Of a stretch of 64,000 bases of DNA, positions 25,857 to 34,392 are shown in pieces. The translations under genes were made by a program, and so were the position numbers. The stretch's first letter is position 1. The number at the start of each line of letters is the position of its first letter. A model generated the notes under the pieces. That model did no database searches, was not told the DNA's origin, and saw nothing but the letters and a program-made list of their open reading frames with translations. This stretch comes from an uncultured Gammaproteobacteria bacterium (GTDB lineage: Bacteria; Patescibacteriota; Patescibacteriia; Magasanikbacterales; JBBTXJ01), in the NCBI GenBank assembly GCA_964610305.1, contig CAZSVL010000002.1:40522-104521 (forward strand), written 5' to 3'.

Positions 25857-27998
25857 ATGAAGACGCCCCTATTGGGTATCGCGGTGCTCTTGAGCGCAAG
25901 CGGATGTTTGCAGTTTGAAGACAGGGCTTTTGTGTGCGAGAGTGATGATGACTGCGCGCAGGGAGTATGCGCCAGAGCATCACTGGATGACACGCAGACC
26001 TACTGCTTGGTTAACCCACCTGATTTATCTGAAAGCCAAGAAGGTGAAGGGGAGAAGCCTTCTGAGGGCGAAGGTGATAATCCAGAGCCTCAAGAGGGTG
26101 AAGGCGAGACGCCAAACGGTGAATCTGGAGGCGAGGGTGAGGGTGAGGAGATTGACCCGCCGGATGGTGAAGGAGAGGGCGAGCACGTCATTGGCGAAGG
26201 TGAAGGCGAGCTTGATTCTGGCGAAGGTGAGGGAGAAGATTCGTCTGGAGAGGGAGAAGGCGAGGTAATTGATCCCGGCGAAGGTGAAGGAGAGTTTGAT
26301 CTCGGCGAGGGAGAAGGCGAAGGAGAGGGCGAGGGCGAGCCTGATTGCCTTTTGGATGATCAGTGTATTGCTCATGATCCTTGTACCATAGGCCGTTGTC
26401 TTGCGGGAGAGTGTCGTATTGTTTTAGCAGATGATAACACTCCGTGCAGCGATGACAATGCCTGCACAGCGGCAGACACGTGTCAGGCTGGCAATTGCAT
26501 GCCGGGCGATGCTCTGGATTGTAGTGATTTTGAAGATCAGTGCAATGAGGGAGCGTGCGATCCTGATTCAGAGCAGGAGAATCCCTGCTTTAGCGAGCCG
26601 CGTCTCTCAGACGAACCGCTCGCCTGTCAGAGTGGGCTTTTTTGCGCGGTGGACGGCGTTTGCCTTGATGGTATTTGTGAGGAGCAGCAAAGAGATTGTT
26701 CTGAGTTTAATGGAGCGTGCGCAACGGGCGTGTGCTCTGAAGATCTAGGGCGCTGCCTTGCAGATGGCGCTCCTCATGAGGAAGATTTATGTGATTTGGA
26801 GCAGCCGGCGCAGTGTCATCATGGTGCATGTCAAAATGGGGCCTGCGCGGTAGTCCGGGACCAGAACGGTAGTCAGTGCAGCGATGGAATGTTGTGCACG
26901 GGCGCTGATAGTTGCGAGGACGGCGTTTGCGAAGGGATTGCCATCTCATGCGGTCATCTAAGTGATCAGTGCAATGAGGGAGTTTGCAACTCTGATACGG
27001 GCGCGTGTGAAGCGCGCGCCGTGGATGATGAGACTCAGTGCAATGACGGACTTTTTTGCACGGTGCTGGACCAGTGCAGCGGCGGCATCTGCTCAGGCGC
27101 TGCGCGCGATTGTAGCGTCGCAGATGAGATCTGCTCTATTGGCGTTTGTTCTGAGGAGCAGTCCGAGTGTGTTGCGGATGACGCTTTAGCCAATGCTACG
27201 CCGTGCGACGATCTGGATGTGTGCACGGGCGAGGGAAGCTGCCAAGATGGCGCTTGTCAGCCCGGAGAGGCGCTTAATTGCGACCATGCGGCTGATCAGT
27301 GCAATGCGGCGGTTTGCAATCCTGAATCGCTAGAGGATGATCCGTGTGAAGCTGTTCCTGTAGATGATGACACGCCTTGTACTGACGGCGATGATCTGTG
27401 CACGGTTGAAGACAGCTGCCAGCAAGGTGTCTGCGAAAGCGGAGACGCTCCTGACCGGGATGAAGATGAGCACATAGATGACCGGTGTGGTGGCGACGAC
27501 TGTGATGATGGCGATCAGACCGTTTATCCCGATGCTCCGGAGCTTTGCGACGGAGTTGCTAATAGCTGTGGTGGCCAGGTAGACGTGTTTTATGAGGTGC
27601 CGACACCTTCATGGTCTGAGTGGGGTCCTGTGGATGGTTTTGCGCGTGTTTGGACAGAGGCTGCCCGCGCTGGAAAGGTGTGTGTAGAGACAATTCTAGA
27701 GAATGCACATGCACGCTCTTCTCAAATTGGATTGCCAGAGAATTGTTCTCTTGAGATTTGCGTTGAAATTCAAAACGGTGATGAGGGAGCTGCCATACGT
27801 TTTGATGTTGTTGACTATGGACAAGTATGGCTTCTGGAAGAAGAGGATGGGGAGTTTTGTCAAAGTCTTCCGGACGATTTGCCGAATCCGCTAGAAGTGG
27901 AAATAATTTCGGTTGGTAATGGTGAACGATATATGTGCAACTTCAAAATCCGCTCCACGCTCTCTGCAGAAGGTGAGGGAGAGGGTGAAGGTCTGTAA
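25857..27998 (+). CDS. Cys-rich lipoprotein with (GE)n repeats and many CxDxxxCTxxDxC (Dictyostelium-like) repeats plus one MopE-like motif
   Basis: AAGGAG SD; lipobox SASG-C; repeated GEGEGE; [26 protein letters not shown]; [19 protein letters not shown]. Confidence 0.85.
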   Translation: MKTPLLGIAVLLSASGCLQFEDRAFVCESDDDCAQGVCARASLDDTQTYCLVNPPDLSESQEGEGEKPSEGEGDNPEPQEGEGETPNGESGGEGEGEEIDPPDGEGEGEHVIGEGEGELDSGEGEGEDSSGEGEGEVIDPGEGEGEFDLGEGEGEGEGEGEPDCLLDDQCIAHDPCTIGRCLAGECRIVLADDNTPCSDDNACTAADTCQAGNCMPGDALDCSDFEDQCNEGACDPDSEQENPCFSEPRLSDEPLACQSGLFCAVDGVCLDGICEEQQRDCSEFNGACATGVCSEDLGRCLADGAPHEEDLCDLEQPAQCHHGACQNGACAVVRDQNGSQCSDGMLCTGADSCEDGVCEGIAISCGHLSDQCNEGVCNSDTGACEARAVDDETQCNDGLFCTVLDQCSGGICSGAARDCSVADEICSIGVCSEEQSECVADDALANATPCDDLDVCTGEGSCQDGACQPGEALNCDHAADQCNAAVCNPESLEDDPCEAVPVDDDTPCTDGDDLCTVEDSCQQGVCESGDAPDRDEDEHIDDRCGGDDCDDGDQTVYPDAPELCDGVANSCGGQVDVFYEVPTPSWSEWGPVDGFARVWTEAARAGKVCVETILENAHARSSQIGLPENCSLEICVEIQNGDEGAAIRFDVVDYGQVWLLEEEDGEFCQSLPDDLPNPLEVEIISVGNGERYMCNFKIRSTLSAEGEGEGEGL

Positions 27999-28005
27999 AG
28001 TAATG

Positions 28006-28034
28006 AGGTTACCTCACGCGAGGTAGCCTTTTTT
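28006..28034 (+). terminator. Intrinsic terminator
   Basis: aggttacctc-acgc-gaggtagcct followed by a T-tract. Confidence 0.75.
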
Positions 28035-28042
28035 AATACTCC

Positions 28043-28071
28043 TTGACAAAAATGAAAAAGAGTGGTACGGT
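28043..28071 (+). promoter_or_regulatory. Sigma70-type promoter TTGACA-N17-TACGGT (extended TG)
   Basis: ttgaca aaaatgaaaaagagtgg tacggt. Confidence 0.55.
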
Positions 28072-28126
28072 TTGGTCAGGGGAAAAGCAAAAAAACGCTA
28101 AAACAAAAGAAAAAAAAGGAGGGGTC

Positions 28127-29719
28127 ATGCGAGTACTCACGGGGACCCTGGCAGCTTTGCTGCTGTGTTCAACCAATGCATTAGCTCAGGATGATCAAGA
28201 TGAGTCCTCAGAGTCACTACAAGAGAGTGAAAGCTCTGACGATGAGCCGCAGAAGATTGGTGTGTTGGTTTTGCCAGCCAACAAGAAGCTTAGAGCCGTG
28301 GCAATGGATCTAGAAGAGCTTTTAGCCATGTCATTTAGCGATAAGACGCCTTTTGCTGTCCTAGATGGTGAACAATTGCGCAAAATTGTTGCGCCAGAGC
28401 AGCCGTTTAAAAAGCAAAGCAAGGCCGTAGAGCAGTGCCTAAAGGATCCAGGCTGCATTGCGCCGCTCATGGTCCAAGAAGACATGATTTTCTGGACCGT
28501 AAGCTACGTGGGTAAGAGTGGTAAAGGTTTGCGTCTGCGGCTCAACCTGTTTGATCTGGATGGTAACGTGATTGCTACCCATGATTCTGGGCGCGTAACG
28601 CAAGAGCAGCTTTACGAGGGCACCTTTTTGACAGCAGAAAAGCTGATTGGAAAGCACCGTGGAACGCTCATTGTAAAGACCCCTAGCGATGCGCATGTCA
28701 TCATCAATGATGATAAGCATCCCAGTGGCGAGCATACGTTGTCATTTCTTGAGCCCGGGCCGTATAAGATTGTGGTAAGCAGCAAAGGGAAGAGACCCTT
28801 TGAGCAAACCGTAGAGCTGAGGGCTTCGGCCCTAGAGACAGTAGAGGTTAAAGCTACCGATCTTAAACCTTGGGTAAGTAAGGCCGTGGCTCAGAAACGC
28901 GATCAAGGCATTGCTTATTTCCGCAAGGACCTCTTTGAGATGGCGGCAAGTACGCTTGCAGAGGCGCGAGCCCTGCCGGGCGGGGATCAGGATAGTAAGT
29001 TGCTTTTCTATCTGGCGCGTAGCTACGTAGATCTCAATGAGCTTGCAAAAGCGTTTGAGTCCGCAGAAGCGGCTACCAAAACGCATGATCCAGAAGGTAA
29101 GTTTGGAAAGCGTGCTGCAGAGTTGTTGAAAAATCTGCGCAAATCATACGGAAGCGTCATCTTTAAGCGTTTGGCTAGCTCCACTGTAAAACAGGGCTAC
29201 ATCTATCTTGATGACATTGCCGGGCTCATTGGAAAGGAAAAGAAAGAGCAGTTTAGAAAACTGCGGAATCGTCTGAAGAGCCAAGCGGTAGATTTGAGCA
29301 CAAGTGGGTACGTATACTTTTTGCCCTACGGCCAGTATCGCGCCAATGGGGTTCCCTTTACGGTAGAGCAGGGAAGTCTGCCAGAGGTAGAGATTCTGCT
29401 AGAGGCCACGCCTCGTGAGCAGGAGTCAAAGGGTCTTTCTGTGCCGGTCATGGTAGCCTCTGGGGCTGGCGCTGCGCTGCTCACGGCATTTGGCATGCAT
29501 TTGATGGCTGTTTCAGAAGCTGAGGATTATGAAACAGCAGGAAATCAAAAGAAGGCTTTTGAGGCGCGCGATTGTGCAGAGTTTTATCAGAAAACAGCCT
29601 TTGTTGGCTACGGTTTAGCCGCCGTCGCTGGAGGTGTTGCTGGATGGCTCTGGTGGCAGGACCAAAGCAGAAGCGTTGTTGCGCTTCCTGGTCAGCTGAT
29701 TTTGCAGGGATCATTTTAG
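28127..29719 (+). CDS. Secreted PEGA-domain and TPR protein with C-terminal hydrophobic hairpin (Myxococcota-style)
   Basis: AGGAGG SD; signal ALA-Q; PEGA-like GTLIVKTPSDAHVIIND...PGPYKIVVS..G..PFEQTV; TPR LLFYLARSY; ends GQLILQGSF. Confidence 0.8.
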   Translation: MRVLTGTLAALLLCSTNALAQDDQDESSESLQESESSDDEPQKIGVLVLPANKKLRAVAMDLEELLAMSFSDKTPFAVLDGEQLRKIVAPEQPFKKQSKAVEQCLKDPGCIAPLMVQEDMIFWTVSYVGKSGKGLRLRLNLFDLDGNVIATHDSGRVTQEQLYEGTFLTAEKLIGKHRGTLIVKTPSDAHVIINDDKHPSGEHTLSFLEPGPYKIVVSSKGKRPFEQTVELRASALETVEVKATDLKPWVSKAVAQKRDQGIAYFRKDLFEMAASTLAEARALPGGDQDSKLLFYLARSYVDLNELAKAFESAEAATKTHDPEGKFGKRAAELLKNLRKSYGSVIFKRLASSTVKQGYIYLDDIAGLIGKEKKEQFRKLRNRLKSQAVDLSTSGYVYFLPYGQYRANGVPFTVEQGSLPEVEILLEATPREQESKGLSVPVMVASGAGAALLTAFGMHLMAVSEAEDYETAGNQKKAFEARDCAEFYQKTAFVGYGLAAVAGGVAGWLWWQDQSRSVVALPGQLILQGSF

Positions 29720-29725
29720 TAAAGT

Positions 29726-29754
29726 AGTCGTCTGTTTTGTGCAGGCGGCTTTTT
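29726..29754 (+). terminator. Probable intrinsic terminator
   Basis: agtcgtctg/caggcggct stem followed by Ts. Confidence 0.55.
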
Positions 29755-29785
29755 GTTTTGGTCGAGCTTTGCTACTATGGGAGCC

Positions 29786-32038
29786 ATGAGTAGAAATCTA
29801 CCAATAAAACAGCGGATAGTACAAGCTTTACTGCTCCTTGTGTTGGCTACGCCACTTGTCATGTTGCCAAGTACATTTTATTTCCCTTTTTCTACCACAA
29901 AGGCTTGGTTTTTTAGAGCTGTCATTCTTGCGACCCTTTTTGCTTGTGTATTTTTTTCTAAAGACTTGCGCGCCATCAAGCCAAAAAATAATCTGGTGGC
30001 ATTTGCCGTTTTATTTTTTTTGTTAATTTACGCTGTAACCACCGCTACGAGCATAGATGTGCATAGATCTTTCTGGGGGAATTACGAGAGGATGATGGGT
30101 CTTGTTACTATGATATATTTTGTGGTTTATTTCTTTTTATTGAGAACCTTCTTTTTTGATAAACAATCGTGGCGCTGGTTTTGGGGTATTTTTGGTGGTG
30201 TTGGTATTGTGGTTTTTTTGCTTGGTTTGTATCAAAGCTACAATCCTGACTTTTTGATTGGTAGGCAATTTGGTGGAAACCACGGATACCGTGAAAACAT
30301 TACGCTCGGCAATCCGCTTTATGTTGGGCAATATAGCGTGTATCTCCTTTTTTTGGGCTTGTATTGGCTTAAAGATACATTTGATAGATGGCGCATAGAT
30401 AAATCACGTGTTAAAGAGCTGTGGTTTTGGGGGGCCGCAGTGTTCTCTAGTCTTGGTTTGTTATATTTGTCTCAAACAAGAAGTTCGTTTGTTGGACTAG
30501 TAATGGCGGTTTTTTGTGGCTGCGCTTTGATGGCTTTGCTTCATCAAAAAAAGAGGGATAGGCGCATCTATTTGATTGCTTTTGTTCTTATGAGTTTGGT
30601 GGCTGCTTTTATTTTAAGTCCTCTGAGTCAATCGGTGACCGCTCATCTGGGAAAAGTAAATCGGTTTACCGACTTAAATTTTTTGTCCTCTTCAAACATC
30701 AATCGTATACATGCATGGAAGACGGCCGCAACAGCATGGAAAGACCGCGCTTTTCTAGGTTGGGGTCCTGGCACTTTTTCTATTGCTTATAATCAGTATT
30801 TTGATAGTAGGCGATTAATTAAACGAGACTTTACCGACACGTGGTTTGACAGCTCTCATAATCAATACCTAGACGCGCTATCAGAGCAAGGTGTTTTGGG
30901 GTTTGTTGCGCTGCTTTTTTTGTATGCAAGTGTGCTGATAGGACTTATGGTTGCTTGCCGAAGAGGACATATCAAGCTCATTGATATGATGATGCTTGTG
31001 GGACTGTTGATAACGGTGGGTGTTACTAATATATTTGTTTTTGAACAAGTTACTTCATATTTCAGTCTTTTTTCTTTTTTGGCATTTGTTAGTTTTATTA
31101 TAGATGGACAAAAAAATGACTTCGTTCTTAATCGTTCCTCAGTGCCGATCCGCGGGGCACTTCTTTACGGATCAGTTATAATTTTGTCAGTGGTCTCGTT
31201 TTACACCGTGATAATACCTGCGCGTGCAAACGCTACGGTACTCTCCTCACTTCTGCAAGTGGTACGCACAGGATCTGTTGAAGACCTCTTGCTCTCAGCG
31301 GAGCAGGCAACGCGTAGCGGCTTTGCTCACCATGAGCATAACTATTCAAAATTAGCAGAGCTTTTACTCAAGACGGCCTACATACCGCAGGAGCATCTGC
31401 AGCCCATGATTTCGCTTTACCGCTTCACTATTGAAGGGTTGCAAGAGCAAATGAAAAAACACCCAAGAGATGTATCTTTGCCTATGCTGATAGCGCCCGT
31501 CTTGCATGATGCTTATAGGGTGGCGCCGGCTCTATTTCCGCGTGGCAGAGAGCGCGGCGATCAATATTTTGTTAAGGCTTCTGAGCTTTCTCCCAATCGG
31601 CAAGAGATATTGGCCTATTGGGGTAATCAGATTATGCAGTCAGGCAATTTAAAGGATGCGCGGGAGCCGTATGTAAGAGCGCTGGCGATGGCTCCAAGCT
31701 CTCCAATTTCATTTAATTTGTATGCGGATTATGTAATGGCAATAGAAGAAAATCCCAGCAAGGCACTTCATTTATATGAGTGGGGGATTAAAGAACGTTT
31801 GGTAGACATAAACAGTAAACGCTTGGTGGACATGGTGCGAGCTGTTCAGAGCGCTCATGGTAAGCAGCAGGCTTTAGAGCGGCTTGATGTGTTGATCTAT
31901 TGCTTTACACATGGTGGTGATAGGTCGGACTGTGGCGTTTATGGGCGCACAGACCCTGTTTATGGGCGCATAGATCCGATTCCTTCTTTTATGGGCCCGC
32001 TTTACGACCTAAGAGAAGAATTAGTGAGCAGCACTTGA
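29786..32038 (+). CDS. O-antigen ligase-like protein with TPR-like tail (tandem paralogue 1)
   Basis: SFWGNYERMMG, SQTRSS, FLGWGP and DTWFDSSHNQYLD motifs. Confidence 0.85.
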   Translation: MSRNLPIKQRIVQALLLLVLATPLVMLPSTFYFPFSTTKAWFFRAVILATLFACVFFSKDLRAIKPKNNLVAFAVLFFLLIYAVTTATSIDVHRSFWGNYERMMGLVTMIYFVVYFFLLRTFFFDKQSWRWFWGIFGGVGIVVFLLGLYQSYNPDFLIGRQFGGNHGYRENITLGNPLYVGQYSVYLLFLGLYWLKDTFDRWRIDKSRVKELWFWGAAVFSSLGLLYLSQTRSSFVGLVMAVFCGCALMALLHQKKRDRRIYLIAFVLMSLVAAFILSPLSQSVTAHLGKVNRFTDLNFLSSSNINRIHAWKTAATAWKDRAFLGWGPGTFSIAYNQYFDSRRLIKRDFTDTWFDSSHNQYLDALSEQGVLGFVALLFLYASVLIGLMVACRRGHIKLIDMMMLVGLLITVGVTNIFVFEQVTSYFSLFSFLAFVSFIIDGQKNDFVLNRSSVPIRGALLYGSVIILSVVSFYTVIIPARANATVLSSLLQVVRTGSVEDLLLSAEQATRSGFAHHEHNYSKLAELLLKTAYIPQEHLQPMISLYRFTIEGLQEQMKKHPRDVSLPMLIAPVLHDAYRVAPALFPRGRERGDQYFVKASELSPNRQEILAYWGNQIMQSGNLKDAREPYVRALAMAPSSPISFNLYADYVMAIEENPSKALHLYEWGIKERLVDINSKRLVDMVRAVQSAHGKQQALERLDVLIYCFTHGGDRSDCGVYGRTDPVYGRIDPIPSFMGPLYDLREELVSST

Positions 32039-32079
32039 TATTTTTGTAGGGGCGCGCTACTATAGCAGCCACTGCTTTT

Positions 32080-34392
32080 ATGACAATTTTGCCACAACGT
32101 CATGTAAAAAAGTTGGTGCGTCTTGCTCAGGCGCTTGTTTTGTTGTCCATGACTATGGTTTTATTTGTAGCTCTTGAGCAGGTTGTATTTCCTTTTGTGG
32201 TCACAAAAATTTGGATTTTTCAGGCTTTTGTTGCGGCGGCTTTTGGTCTTTATTTGATAATTCTTTTATTTGATAGGAAATATTTGCCAAAAATCAGCGT
32301 ACTTTCTGGGGCGATAGCCTTTTTTTTGGTGGCAACGCTTATTAGTTCCTTTTCTGGCGTTGATTCTACCAGATCGCTCTGGTCTGTGCATGAGCGAATG
32401 CTGGGCTGGTTTAATGTAGCGCATTTTGCGGCTTTTTACGTTTTGATTATTGGTTTGTTTAGAACAAAAAAGGAGCGCATGTTTTTGGTGATGTGGTTTT
32501 TGCTTTTGAGCATCCCCAACAGCATAACGGTTATGATTCAAAAGCGTGTTCCCGGATTTTTGCTGAGCGATTCTAATCGTCCTGTGGGGCTTTTGGGGAA
32601 CGCCATTTACGTTTCTTTTTTTGGGGTTTATGTGATGTCATTTGCGCTGCTGGTATCACGTTTTTGTGTTGAAAAATTTAAAGCAAGTAAGCAGTACGCA
32701 ACGCGGCTTATTACTTATGGTTGGTTTAGTGGGATCGTGGTTTGTGCAGTAGCCGCTCTTTTGGCGGGGATAGCAACTGGTTTGTCAAACAGCAGAAGTG
32801 CGATGCTTGGCTTGATGGCCATGCTTATTTGGGCGAGCATAGTTGTGGCGATTGCAGCCTCTGCAAGGCGTGTAAGAAAAAAAGCCATCATGTTTTTGTT
32901 GGTAGTAGCGATGGGTGTAAGTGTTGTGGTGATTGGCAACAAGAGTCCACTGCTAGAAAAGGCTCCGCTTGTGGGAAGATTTGCAAACTTTTCGCTTATG
33001 AGCGGCTCAAATGATAATCGTTTATTTGCGTGGGAGGTGGGGTTGAAAGGATTTGCCGAAAGACCATGGTTTGGCTGGGGGATCTACAACTATAGTTCTG
33101 TTTTTAACAAATACTATGAGGGTCGTCGGCTTCAATCAGACAATTATGCAGAAACCTGGTTTGATAATGCTCACAATTTTTATATTGATACGCTTGTAAC
33201 GGGCGGTATTATTGGTTTGTTGGGTTATTTAAGCATGTATGTTGCGGCACTTTATTTGTGCTATTGGGGGTGGAAGAAAAATCGCCTTTCTTTTTTTGAA
33301 ACAACGCTGCTTAGTTCTTTGGTTGTGTTTCATGCGGTGCAGAATATTTTTGTCTTTGAACACATAGTTTCATATTTGAGTTTCTTTTTGCTGCTTGCTT
33401 TTATAGCAGGTGGTACCGGAAAAGTGCGGAATTATAGGAGAGGAGAAATCAATGTGTTTGTGGTTGTTCTAGCCGCTGTGTTGGTTGTGATTAGTACAGG
33501 TTTTGTTATATACAGGGCTAATATTGTCCAGTATCAAGCAAATAGGTATATGTATACTGGTTTGCATACGCTCTATGCTACCGGCAAAGCTGGCTTGTGG
33601 TTTTCCGATTTCAATAAGGCTTTGGCGCTTCCTACGCCTCACAGAGCACATATTATTGAAGAGATGGCTCGTTCTATTTTAGGTGCCAATATTCCACCAG
33701 AATTGGTTAATGATAGGCTCAGAGAAATGGGGGGATACATCATCAAGGAATTGGAAAATAATACTGCAGAACATGAGTATGATGTGATTAATCGCATGAT
33801 GCTTGCTGAGATGTGGTTTTTTATGGGCCGACTATTCCCTAATGAATATCCGGATGCCTTTGAGTTGGGAGATCAATATTTTACGGCAGCTATAGCTCAG
33901 TCACCACAGCGTCAACAGCTTTTGATTAATTGGGCCAGTCATCTTGCGCGCATTGGTATGTGGGATAAAAGCAGAGATGTTATGCTTCGTGCTCGTTCAT
34001 TTTCTCCCAAGGTTGGTGTAGTTGCCGAGGCGTATCAGGCCTATTTAGAAAGAACAAACCAAAAAATGACGGCATTAAGACACAAAGCTGTGCTTTTGGA
34101 TTTTCACCGAGGATCGTTTAAGGAGTACGAAGAGAATGCCATTGATTATCATAATTTTGTAGATAAAGAGAAAGGTGCTCGCAGGTTGGCGAATTTTATT
34201 GCGTGTACAGATCAGATTGTTCCCGCACAGTGTCCACCAGTTCAGCGCCGCGAGGTAATGGTAATTGTTCCTCGTGTTGAAACATTTGATATTGTAATTA
34301 ATTACTATAAGCAGTTAGATCCAGAGAATCTAGAGCCATTCCAGAGTGCTAAGCTGTTTTATTATCCAGCAGAGGAGTCTCATGAATCATAA
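32080..34392 (+). CDS. O-antigen ligase-like protein with TPR-like tail (tandem paralogue 2)
   Basis: SLWSVHERMLG, SNSRSA, RPWFGWG and ETWFDNAHN motifs. Confidence 0.85.
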   Translation: MTILPQRHVKKLVRLAQALVLLSMTMVLFVALEQVVFPFVVTKIWIFQAFVAAAFGLYLIILLFDRKYLPKISVLSGAIAFFLVATLISSFSGVDSTRSLWSVHERMLGWFNVAHFAAFYVLIIGLFRTKKERMFLVMWFLLLSIPNSITVMIQKRVPGFLLSDSNRPVGLLGNAIYVSFFGVYVMSFALLVSRFCVEKFKASKQYATRLITYGWFSGIVVCAVAALLAGIATGLSNSRSAMLGLMAMLIWASIVVAIAASARRVRKKAIMFLLVVAMGVSVVVIGNKSPLLEKAPLVGRFANFSLMSGSNDNRLFAWEVGLKGFAERPWFGWGIYNYSSVFNKYYEGRRLQSDNYAETWFDNAHNFYIDTLVTGGIIGLLGYLSMYVAALYLCYWGWKKNRLSFFETTLLSSLVVFHAVQNIFVFEHIVSYLSFFLLLAFIAGGTGKVRNYRRGEINVFVVVLAAVLVVISTGFVIYRANIVQYQANRYMYTGLHTLYATGKAGLWFSDFNKALALPTPHRAHIIEEMARSILGANIPPELVNDRLREMGGYIIKELENNTAEHEYDVINRMMLAEMWFFMGRLFPNEYPDAFELGDQYFTAAIAQSPQRQQLLINWASHLARIGMWDKSRDVMLRARSFSPKVGVVAEAYQAYLERTNQKMTALRHKAVLLDFHRGSFKEYEENAIDYHNFVDKEKGARRLANFIACTDQIVPAQCPPVQRREVMVIVPRVETFDIVINYYKQLDPENLEPFQSAKLFYYPAEESHES

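Noticed and set aside
31937-31977. Tandem 21-bp duplication (VYGRTDP/VYGRIDP) in a ligase C-terminus
   Set aside because: The duplication is real, but it is a single small in-frame event with no further pattern.
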